The notes below the pieces were generated by a model. It was given only the letters and a program-made list of their open reading frames with translations. It was not told the origin of the DNA and did no database searches. Positions 1-6,654 of a stretch of 11,118 bases of DNA are shown here, one piece after another. Position 1 is the first letter of the stretch. Each line of letters begins with the position of its first letter. Source of the DNA: a virus (Duplodnaviria > Heunggongvirae > Uroviricota > Caudoviricetes); the IMG/VR virus record IMGVR_UViG_2675903255_000015; one strand, written 5' to 3'. The position numbers and the translations under genes are program-made.

Positions 1-721
1 TGACCACCGTCTTTTCCTGTGGTGGGTTTTGCTGGTGGGCGTGAGGCAGCGGCGCAAGATTTTTTGTGCGCTGCTTCAGTATGATGGTGGCGGTCTGCTC
101 TCCCGGTACGATGTCGCTTTCACGGTACATTGAGCGGATTTTTTCCGCACGCAACCCCAGCGAACGACGTAATACCGCTTCCGGTAGCGCGTCCGCCACC
201 TGATTGCGGACCGCCCACCAGGATAATTCAGCCAGAGATAATTCACGCTCCTGCGTACCGCTTATTGCGTGACCGATGACGTCAATCATCCATGCTGACA
301 GGTTTTGATGAGCAAGTTGCTCGAGTGATTCGGATGTCTGGTCACGCAGCTGGTTGTCGCAGTGCCAGCACAACACCATTGCGCCGGTACCATAACGGTG
401 AATAACGGTTTCACTGTGATGATAGTCACCATGAGGCCACTGGCAGGATTTGACATGACGCAACAGCCAGTCAGACAGTGCACCAGCGCCACCAACAGCA
501 CGAATCACACGCTCATTGCTGAAAAACGGCAGTAATGATTTATCCTCCGCCAGCGGCTGGCGAACGGCAGGGACGATGCCGGACGGCAGACCGCGCATGC
601 TTTTCGGCTCCGGCTCCACAAGCACTCGAGGGTTATGGAATACCTGCATGGATTCACGGCCTGGTTTAAGGACCACCACCCCAAGTTCCGGTACCGGAAC
701 AGGTCGAAGTAATACCCGCAC
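1..721 (-). CDS. nin-region protein, YdfU/DUF968-like (tentative); N-terminal part only, continues past the window start
   Basis: Minus-strand frame open from GTG at 721 (GGAGG 4 nt upstream, 1 nt after the TAA of the upstream gene; alternative ATG at 649) down to position 1 with no stop. Absent from the ORF track because it leaves the window. Translation runs VRVLLRPVPVPELGVV...MQVFHNPRVLVEPEPKSMRGLPSG... and contains a Cys/His cluster (SCQWPHGDYHH...LCWHCDN). Family name rests on recalled Qin gene order (ydfU near hokD), not on a search. Confidence 0.55.
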   Translation of the reverse strand, partial: MRVLLRPVPVPELGVVVLKPGRESMQVFHNPRVLVEPEPKSMRGLPSGIVPAVRQPLAEDKSLLPFFSNERVIRAVGGAGALSDWLLRHVKSCQWPHGDYHHSETVIHRYGTGAMVLCWHCDNQLRDQTSESLEQLAHQNLSAWMIDVIGHAISGTQERELSLAELSWWAVRNQVADALPEAVLRRSLGLRAEKIRSMYRESDIVPGEQTATIILKQRTKNLAPLPHAHQQNPPQEKTVV

Positions 722-722
722 G

Positions 723-1001
723 TTACCTCCAGATGCGTTGCTGGAATGTGCGGGACGGACGCGGTGGGCGCTCGGAGTACGGCAGCCTGACGTAGATTAT
801 CCAGTGACGATAATCGAGGCTGAGGGCTTTCCTAAACTCATACCCACGTCTGCGGTAGTTCTGAATCAGCCATTCGGCCTGTTCTTCAGTGCATGGGGCG
901 TGCCGGAACCAGTCAGATTTGAATGCATGAGAACGCCGCCCGTGCCTGCTGGCAAAGACGGCTGAATTATCAGAATTGTGTAGTCTGGAATTTTGCGCCA
1001 T
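723..1001 (-). CDS. hypothetical basic protein, 92 aa
   Basis: ATG at 1001 with GGAGAAA 5-6 nt upstream. Its TAA stop lies 1 nt before the GTG of the downstream gene, suggesting translational coupling. Product is Arg/Trp/Tyr-rich (MAQNSRLHNSDNSAVFASRHGRR...). No family recognised. Confidence 0.5.
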   Translation of the reverse strand: MAQNSRLHNSDNSAVFASRHGRRSHAFKSDWFRHAPCTEEQAEWLIQNYRRRGYEFRKALSLDYRHWIIYVRLPYSERPPRPSRTFQQRIWR

Positions 1002-1070
1002 CGGCTTTCTCCGGTGGCACAGTGTTACTCAACAGGGGTTCAGCCCTGCGCTGAATTGTAGATGAATTCA

Positions 1071-1328
1071 CTAATCTTCAAAAGCAGAAAAACCAGCCTT
1101 AATCCCAGCTTCTTTCAGAGACGGCAACGATGTGACAAATTCATTTGCACGCAAAATAAAACCATCCGTCACAAGCCCATCCACAAAATGAATTAACGCA
1201 GCTCCACTCTTCCTTTGTTGAGACTGTAAACATTTAATACGGCAGTGGCTGACAATAGCGCCCTTCTCAACGCGCACAGTATAGAGGCCATCTTCACTAA
1301 AAATTTCACGTAATTCTTCGATTCTCAT
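1071..1328 (-). CDS. hypothetical protein, 85 aa (sits where rem lies in Qin, by gene order only)
   Basis: ATG at 1328 with GGAAGGA upstream; the track's first codon at 1331 is TTG. Product MRIEELREIFSEDGLYTVRVEKGAIVSHCRIKC... No family recognised. Confidence 0.5.
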   Translation of the reverse strand: MRIEELREIFSEDGLYTVRVEKGAIVSHCRIKCLQSQQRKSGAALIHFVDGLVTDGFILRANEFVTSLPSLKEAGIKAGFSAFED

Positions 1329-1448
1329 CAACAGAATCCTTCCAGATAAATAGCACTCCCCTGTTCGGGGTCCATCCCTCTTCTCCCTGCGCGCTACTTA
1401 AGTATTTTTGATTCTATTCCGGCGCCGTCCGGAACTTCAAACGCGTTG

Positions 1449-1480
1449 AAAATAAAAACAAAAACCCGCCGAAGCGGGTT
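1449..1480 (-). terminator. rho-independent terminator downstream of hok
   Basis: On the minus strand: AACCCGC-TTCG-GCGGGTT (7-bp stem, TTCG tetraloop) followed by TTTGTTTTTATTTT. The plus-strand reading has no T-tract after the hairpin, so it is unidirectional for the minus strand. Confidence 0.7.
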
Positions 1481-1548
1481 AAGTGCGGGTGCGTTGAGGA
1501 TGCCTGACACATCAGAGGTGGCGAGGGATTTCTCCCCCGCCTGGTCTC

Positions 1549-1704
1549 TTACTCCTCAGGTTCGTAAGCTGTGAAGACAGCGACCTCCGTCTGGCCGGTT
1601 CGGATTCGTACCTCGCAGAGGTCTTTCCTCGTTACCAGTGCCGTCACTATGACGATTAAACAGATGACGATCAGGGCGATTAACATCGCCTTTTGCTGCT
1701 TCAT
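1549..1704 (-). CDS. hokD: Hok-family type I toxin (HokD/RelF-like small membrane peptide, 51 aa)
   Basis: ATG at 1704 with AAGGAG 7 nt upstream. Product MKQQKAMLIALIVICLIVIVTALVTRKDLCEVRIRTGQTEVAVFTAYEPEE matches the Hok/Gef family as recalled, closest to HokD. The track ORF 1549..1761 is an in-frame upstream extension from ATG 1761 (GAGG SD), possibly a mok-like leader reading frame. Confidence 0.85.
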   Translation of the reverse strand: MKQQKAMLIALIVICLIVIVTALVTRKDLCEVRIRTGQTEVAVFTAYEPEE

Positions 1705-1744
1705 AGCCTGCTTCTCCTTGACCTTTCGGTCCGTAAGAGGCAAT

Positions 1745-1803
1745 CTATATGTGACGAGCATATAGGGGCCTCACTTCGATTTATAGTCGGGTGGGGCTTT
1801 TAT
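1745..1803 (+). ncRNA. candidate Sok-like antisense RNA to the hok leader (speculative)
   Basis: Plus-strand hairpin GCCTCAC(1768-1774)/GTGGGGC(1791-1797) followed by TTTTAT (1798-1803) is a plus-strand-specific intrinsic terminator antisense to the hok leader and mok-like start. A TTGACC -35-like hexamer sits at 1718-1723, but no convincing -10 was found, so the 5' end is not defined. Confidence 0.3.
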
Positions 1804-1896
1804 CTATCTGCCGTTGGTGTTCATGCCCGAGGCAGATAGCCTCAAGCACCCGCAGCAATCCTACTTAACTCTGCCGTTACAGCAAACCGTTTTCGC

Positions 1897-1920
1897 CCGA
1901 TATGGGAATTCCCATATCGG
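1897..1920. other. 24-bp perfect palindrome CCGATATGGGAATTCCCATATCGG
   Basis: Exact reverse-complement identity over 24 bp, centred on GAATTC. Lies between the ModA-like gene stop and the hok leader. No T-tract on either side, so not a canonical terminator; possibly an operator for a dimeric regulator or an RNA processing hairpin. Confidence 0.5.
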
Positions 1921-2039
1921 AATGAATTCAGTTCACCTGGCGAGGCTTAGCGTACAATTTTTTCCGTTTTGTGAGCTGCCCCTACATGCCGCTGGCGCGG
2001 CATCCGGAAAAAGAATCCACGTCCTGAAGGACGAGGATG

Positions 2040-2798
2040 TCAAGTGCCTTTCCTAGTCCAGCCATATTTTTTGAATGCAGGCGCCGCTTCATCGGTTTGT
2101 AGCCATTCTGCAAATCGACGGGTTTCATCATTTGCATCCTGACGTACTGTAATGTTCATATCACGCCATATCACGTAGTCTGGCGCTATTTCCACGACAT
2201 CACCAATTTCTGGATTACTGGCTGCCCAGTCAGCCCAGGTTATCCAGACATCTGCTCCAGGCTGATTCTCAAGAGCCTTACGTGCAGTTCCGCTATTGGG
2301 CGCATATAAAATAATATTTTTTCGGATTGCGGCGACAGTTTCTATATTCCCTTTACGTCCGGCAATATCTTCCCAGACGCCAGTGCCTGATGTATTACTG
2401 GTACCACCACCATCATTAACAATTACGCCAATCCCAGGTCTGGTCAGGTCGTCAATACTCCGGATATTTTTAGGATTACCTTTCTTTACCAGTAAAATAC
2501 TTTTTCGCAGATAAAGAGGCTGAATATCTTTTTCACTGAAGCTGTCTTTATGGTCCCGAATGATAGCCAGAGCAGATTGTTCTGATGCGCCAAACAAGAT
2601 ATCTGCATTTTTTTTGGCATCTTCATTCCATTTGTTCTGTGGGCCGTAATGAACGTTCACTATAATACCTGTTTTTTCGGCATAAAGTTTGGCTGCATCA
2701 AGCAAGGCTGTATGCGGGCCACCAGGACCATACAGATTGATATCAGCATAAGCAGCAGAAGACAGGAATATTAAAAAACCTGCCATTATGTTCCTCAT
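2040..2798 (-). CDS. secreted periplasmic solute-binding protein, ModA/AcfC-like (252 aa)
   Basis: ATG at 2798 with AAGGAG 6 nt upstream. N-terminal Sec signal peptide MRNIMAGFLIFLSSAAYA. Overall layout and the C-terminal ...FKKYGW resemble the molybdate/tungstate/sulfate-binding PBP family (recalled ModA ends ...FKRYGF). Markedly AT-rich relative to neighbours, flanked by an AT-rich upstream region, consistent with a moron. Confidence 0.8.
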   Translation of the reverse strand: MRNIMAGFLIFLSSAAYADINLYGPGGPHTALLDAAKLYAEKTGIIVNVHYGPQNKWNEDAKKNADILFGASEQSALAIIRDHKDSFSEKDIQPLYLRKSILLVKKGNPKNIRSIDDLTRPGIGVIVNDGGGTSNTSGTGVWEDIAGRKGNIETVAAIRKNIILYAPNSGTARKALENQPGADVWITWADWAASNPEIGDVVEIAPDYVIWRDMNITVRQDANDETRRFAEWLQTDEAAPAFKKYGWTRKGT

Positions 2799-2962
2799 AA
2801 AAAACTCCTTTTATTGGTTATCATGAAATAAAGTTATAAACACTACAAATAATATATATTACATCCAGATAAACTTATCCGACTTTACCTCGTGCATAGC
2901 TTGTTATTTAAAGTCAACAAAATAAGGAAAATTATACGCATATTGAAGAGTATAAACCTTAC

Positions 2963-2990
2963 ATGTTGATTACATTTTTGTAATCAACAT
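2963..2990. promoter_or_regulatory. 28-bp inverted repeat ATGTTGATTACA-tttt-TGTAATCAACAT upstream of the ModA-like gene
   Basis: Perfect 12-bp arms with a 4-bp spacer, about 165 bp upstream of the ModA-like start in an AT-rich region. No T-tract follows on either strand, so an operator is more likely than a terminator. Confidence 0.4.
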
Positions 2991-3049
2991 CCTGTTTGGA
3001 ATAGCCAGCCTTTAATGGATAACTATTTCTGACAATGCAATGAGTATAA

Positions 3050-3622
3050 TCAAGTCCATCTTCCACTGAGAATTAGAGGCGGCATGCTTTTTCCGGCTCT
3101 TGCCGGATATCCGTAATTGTCCATAATCTGCAGATTTATACCTTCTGCATGACCTGTCAGCGAAAATTTGTCCGGTGTTTCTACGGGAATGACATCAAAA
3201 GTTACACGCACTCGCGTTACCGTGTAGACCTACTTTCCTGCACTTGCAAGATCACAGTGGTGTAACCGTAACAGGAATTTATTCTCTGGACCGGCAGTAA
3301 ATCCCTGAGTGGCGTGGTTCCCATATCAATTTCCCGCCAGGCAGCCTCCATTGCCAGCGTACAGGCTGGAGCCATGACCTGCCCTTTAAATCTGGCCCGA
3401 CCATCCCACCGGACGTGTTCTTCTCCCCTGAACTTAGGTACAGTCATCTCCAGTGGCACAAAAGTGTCAGCGCCATAATTTTTGACCGTTATCGCGCTAC
3501 GGATATTTTGTTGACTGGTGAAAATCACCCCGCAGAATCAGGCTTATTCCCTTAACCTGGGCTTTCATCCTGACCGCCGCCTCACTACGACCAATCAGAC
3601 TGCCGATGCATTTTACCTTCAT
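3050..3622 (-). pseudogene. disrupted gene: three abutting ORF fragments in three different frames on the minus strand
   Basis: Fragments 3622..3497 (MKVKCIGSLIGRSEAAVRMKAQVKGISLILRGDFHQ...), 3537..3217 (...ITVKNYGADTFVPLEMTVPKFRGEEHVRWDGRARFKGQVMAPACTLAMEAAWREI...) and 3229..3050 (VTRVRVTFDVIPVETPDKFSLTGHAEGINLQIMDNYGYPARAGKSMPPLILSGRWT) each read as protein, overlap by 13-40 nt at their junctions, and none has a convincing RBS. Consistent with one ancestral gene of about 190 aa carrying two frameshifts. Family not recognised. Confidence 0.4.
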
Positions 3623-3657
3623 TGTTAGTATCATGATTTCAGGCCTGCACCATCCGC

Positions 3658-4239
3658 TCATTGCCCGGACTTCCGACAAATCCCGGCAACCATATCCCGG
3701 TGCTTGTTCAGCTCCCGCAGCGCGGCGCAGACTCGCTCCCACTTCTGGACATGATTCTTCGCCCTACGCAGTTCGCGATTTGCCATATGCAGCGATGGCA
3801 AAATCAAATCATCTTCTCGCGTTGCAGTAAACGATGGCAGCGACTGCACAATGTCCGCCACAGTTTCTGTTTTAATATCTTCCTGTGTTGCATCTTTCTG
3901 TACCGGTAACGCAACACCGGCTGGCTGAGGAAAGGCTTTACCATCGGTTTCCGCTACCGATTCAACTTTCGGCTCTGCTGGTAAATTATCACCTGGTATG
4001 CAGTAACGAATTTTACCGTTCTGGTTTACGCGAATCAGACGACCTTTGCTGATTGCCATTGCCAGCGTTGAAGCAACTTTGCGGGATGTTGTACCGAACA
4101 GCGTAGCCAGTTCATCCGCCGTTTGTGGTCCGCGTTGTTCAATCGTCGCGGTTAAATCGCACTCTGAGATTTTCGCTTCTGTTGCCGTGGTGGTTTCTTC
4201 TGGCGCTGGCTGTTCCTGCTGAACGTTGTTATCAGCCAC
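3658..4239 (-). CDS. winged-helix (MarR-like fold) DNA-binding protein, 193 aa as annotated from GTG 4239; the frame extends to ATG 4392 across an in-frame TAG
   Basis: Track ORF starts at GTG 4239 with no SD. The same frame upstream has ATG at 4392 with GGGAGG SD, giving [58 protein letters not shown]..., which reads as one protein. The TAG at 4339-4341 is therefore probably a nonsense mutation. The region [32 protein letters not shown] resembles a wHTH. Confidence 0.6.
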   Translation of the reverse strand: MADNNVQQEQPAPEETTTATEAKISECDLTATIEQRGPQTADELATLFGTTSRKVASTLAMAISKGRLIRVNQNGKIRYCIPGDNLPAEPKVESVAETDGKAFPQPAGVALPVQKDATQEDIKTETVADIVQSLPSFTATREDDLILPSLHMANRELRRAKNHVQKWERVCAALRELNKHRDMVAGICRKSGQ

Positions 4240-4425
4240 ACGCCAGGTGTATACGCTTTTATCAACGAAGCCAGCCTTTTTCAGTTCCCACAGCTCGTTC
4301 AGTACTTCTTCACGACTGATATCAAGTCGCGCAGCCAGCTATACCGACGTGGCTTTTCCCATCGCTTTCAGTGCGTCAAAAACAGTCTCCATAAATTTCC
4401 TCCCGGTAAAAAATCACTTCTCAAC

Positions 4426-5091
4426 TCAAACAAAACCAGCCGCTTTCCGGCGTTCATATTCCTGTTTCAGCAACTCAATTGGCGTTGGCCCCGACGGGCG
4501 TTTGGGGGCCGCCAGTTGTCGCCGGACTGGCGGAACGCTCAGGCCGTTACTAACATGCTTTGCCCATTTCGTCAGTTGCCGTTCTGCAAGCCGTTTTAAT
4601 TCCCCTTCGGTCATCTGGCGCTCAATCCCCTTTGAACGCATCTCGAGGCAAATGTGATACAGCACAGGCTGAGACCACGGGTACTTATCACTTCCGTCGT
4701 ATCGCCAGGACTCATTGCGCCAGCGGCGGTACTCCTCCATCACAGCATCCACCGTCAGACCGAATGGATTGGCTCCGCTTTTCGAAATCAGTGCCACAAA
4801 CTCAGCCAGGTCCGGAGGCCATGTTTCACCCGCCCGGCAGCGGTCCATGCACTGGCGGCAGACCTGCCGGATTTGCTGCTCAGTCATCGCGCCAATCTGT
4901 GCAATCCAGAGCTTCGAAGGTGCGGCCCCGTTCTTCTGGATCCAGCGGTTCGAATAAACCACCCCCATGAGTTCCCACAGCTTCCAGGCCGTTTCCGTCG
5001 CTGATAAATCCGTTTTCACGTTCCCACTGCTCACGTGCTGCCCGAATTTCCTGAACTGCCCGTGATGCGGTGCCACCTGGTGCTGCTGCAT
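4426..5091 (-). CDS. replication protein P-like (helicase loader, lambda P family)
   Basis: ATG at 5091 with AAGGGG upstream. C-terminal half ...YPWSQPVLYHICLEMRSKGIERQMTEGELKRLAERQLTKWAKHVSNGLSVPPVRRQLAAP follows recalled lambda P (...YPWKSNAHYWLVTNLYQNMRANALTDAELRRKAADELVHMTARINRGEAIPEPVKQLPV). An in-frame ATG at 4887 overlaps the O stop codon and is an alternative coupled start. Confidence 0.85.
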   Translation of the reverse strand: MQQHQVAPHHGQFRKFGQHVSSGNVKTDLSATETAWKLWELMGVVYSNRWIQKNGAAPSKLWIAQIGAMTEQQIRQVCRQCMDRCRAGETWPPDLAEFVALISKSGANPFGLTVDAVMEEYRRWRNESWRYDGSDKYPWSQPVLYHICLEMRSKGIERQMTEGELKRLAERQLTKWAKHVSNGLSVPPVRRQLAAPKRPSGPTPIELLKQEYERRKAAGFV

Positions 5092-5920
5092 GGTTTACCC
5101 CTTTGCTGACTGGTTTAACCTGCGCCCTGACGTGATTTACGTGACGGGCGAATTTCTGCTCCCACTGAATCTGCGTAAACACTTTCCCCTCCGCTGCCCA
5201 GTAGTCCCGGAAGGCGGCAAGTTCAGCAGGTGTAAATTCTGTCTCCGGCAAAGCCATCCCCCACAACGCAGCCCGTCGTCGAAAATCCCGTGACGGATAC
5301 CAGCTATCGCTCATCGGGAATTTTCCGATGGGTTCGCTCAGGCCATACAGGAATACAGGGGGGGCTGCCTGTAACGACAAAACTTCCTGCTCACTGGTCG
5401 GAGCACTCTCGCGTGCGTTATGTGTGGGGTTTAGATCTTTGGGTTCCTTTGGGTTCCGTGATCCGTTTTTGGGTGTCTTTGATGGAAAATTTGGGTGTCT
5501 TTGGTTATTTTCCATGCAGCTAAGAGTTCTGTTTTTGGGTCTGTTTTGTGCTGAAACATAACCATTTTCGGTACTGTTTTTATTAACAGCACCAATTTTA
5601 CCCACCTTTAAAGACTCCCGTTTTTGGGTGTATTCAGGCTCGGCAACACTTTCTTCTACACCGATAAGTCGGTACACCACAATTTGCTTTGTTCTGCCTT
5701 TTCTCTCACCGGTATCAACAATTAACCCAATCTCCATCAGGTGTCGTAAGCTGTCCTGCACAGTCTTTTTGTTCAGTTCCGTTACTTCTGCCAGTGCAGA
5801 TACAGACGGGTATGCACACAAATCGGCACCGCACATATCAGCAAGCCAGGTCAATACTGACTTACTGGATGAACTGCCGGTTTTCACCTTTTTAGCCCAT
5901 CGTAGTGCATCGATACTCAT
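4880..5920 (-). CDS. replication initiation protein O-like (lambda O family)
   Basis: Preferred start ATG at 5920 (AGGGGGG SD 4 nt upstream; [12 protein letters not shown]...); the track's 5995 start is TTG. C-terminal domain [58 protein letters not shown] matches recalled lambda O (...[53 protein letters not shown]). N-terminus is wHTH-like. The 3' 212 nt overlap the P ORF out of frame. Confidence 0.85.
   Translation of the reverse strand: [346 protein letters not shown]
5438..5635. repeat. ori-like iteron array plus AT-rich segment inside the O gene
   Basis: Six copies of TTTGGGT(G/T)(T/C)C-type repeats at 5438, 5448, 5468, 5490, 5534 and 5623 (two identical TTTGGGTGTCTTTG at 5468 and 5490), with an AT-richer stretch at about 5551-5620. 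In phage lambda the replication origin with its O-binding iterons lies inside O; here the array encodes the K/N/P-rich linker of O. Confidence 0.6.
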
Positions 5921-6443
5921 ACGCCCCCCTGGCAGACATTTGTTTATCTGCAAAGTAATATTGGTATTGCTGACGATACGCGTGCTTGAAAGCAATAGCT
6001 TTTTCTATAAGCTCGTCAGTCTCACGTTCCACAACAACTGGATCCGCAAAAAGCAGCCCGGACTCCACCACATCGCCATATTCTTTGTTTAACCCGGCGA
6101 TCATGTACGTAATGCTTTTTCCGTCAGTAATTTCACAATACAATCTGAAATCGCTGATCCGGATAGCCTCCATAATTGCCGGAATCAGCGCCGTGAATTT
6201 GTCACGCTTATCTCTGGTGTCGATAGCTTTCCAGCGTTCGAATATCTTCACCCGGTTAACGCCCAGCGCCCGTTGATCAACCTCGCCATCATTAAACGTG
6301 ACGCGTTGAACATCGATGTTCGGGCGTTCTTTCAGAGCCCAGAATGCTTCCGTGATTAATATCGTCGCCTGCTCCTGTGTCATTCCTGGTCGGCATACCC
6401 AGGTATCCAGAGCCTCACAAACCTGTTCAGTGGTGATTTTCAT
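5892..6443 (-). CDS. YdaT-like protein at the cII position (183 aa)
   Basis: ATG at 6443. Sits immediately downstream of the cro-like dicC and upstream of O. The segment KFTALIPAIMEAIRISDFRL resembles recalled Rac YdaT (...KLIPAILAILPRELRHRL). Overlaps dicC by 17 nt and the preferred O start by 29 nt. Confidence 0.6.
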   Translation of the reverse strand: MKITTEQVCEALDTWVCRPGMTQEQATILITEAFWALKERPNIDVQRVTFNDGEVDQRALGVNRVKIFERWKAIDTRDKRDKFTALIPAIMEAIRISDFRLYCEITDGKSITYMIAGLNKEYGDVVESGLLFADPVVVERETDELIEKAIAFKHAYRQQYQYYFADKQMSARGAYEYRCTTMG

Positions 6444-6654
6444 TGTTCAACCGCCCCGCCCGCTTTGCCTTACGATATTCGTCATAAACTTTGGGGTCGT
6501 ACTGAAGTTCCCCGCCGGATGCCTCTTGCAGGCGCATCGAGCGACCTTCAGGAACCAGTTCCCCCCATGCAGCAACGCTTGCCAGCCTAACTCCTGCGAC
6601 ATTGGCAAGCTTTGTTTTGCTGCCAAAAAACGCTATAGCATCAATTTTCAACAT
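6427..6654 (-). CDS. dicC: Cro-like regulator DicC (75 aa)
   Basis: ATG at 6654, divergent from dicA. Product MLKIDAIAFFGSKTKLANVAGVRLASVAAWGELVPEGRSMRLQEASGGELQYDPKVYDEYRKAKRAGRLNNENHH matches recalled K-12 DicC over most of its length. Confidence 0.8.
   Translation of the reverse strand: MLKIDAIAFFGSKTKLANVAGVRLASVAAWGELVPEGRSMRLQEASGGELQYDPKVYDEYRKAKRAGRLNNENHH

Noticed and set aside
31-38. Chi site GCTGGTGG
   Set aside because: A single occurrence is expected by background frequency in enterobacterial DNA and lies inside a coding region.
286-965. Track ORFs 286..501 (-) and 516..965 (+)
   Set aside because: Both overlap the continuous minus-strand YdfU-like frame and the 92-aa gene in other frames; their translations are low-complexity. 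Shadow ORFs.
1762-2039. relE/relB upstream of hok, as in the K-12 relBEF operon
   Set aside because: I translated the minus strand across this 278-bp stretch and found no reading frame resembling RelE or RelB; the region is non-coding here.
1571-2056. Plus-strand ORFs 1571..1765 and 1814..2056
   Set aside because: The first is antisense to hok, the second spans the non-coding palindrome region and the 3' end of the ModA-like gene; no RBS.
3606-5004. Plus-strand ORFs 3606..3830, 3661..3909, 4125..4319, 4226..4657, 4560..4970, 4654..5004 and 4715..4957
   Set aside because: All lie antisense to the winged-helix gene and the P and O genes, which have homology support; they are Ser/Arg/Pro-rich without RBS.
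5358-5364. Seven-G homopolymer inside O as a phase-variation tract
   Set aside because: It encodes Pro-Pro in the conserved O frame, is short, and there is no alternative frame product; probably incidental.
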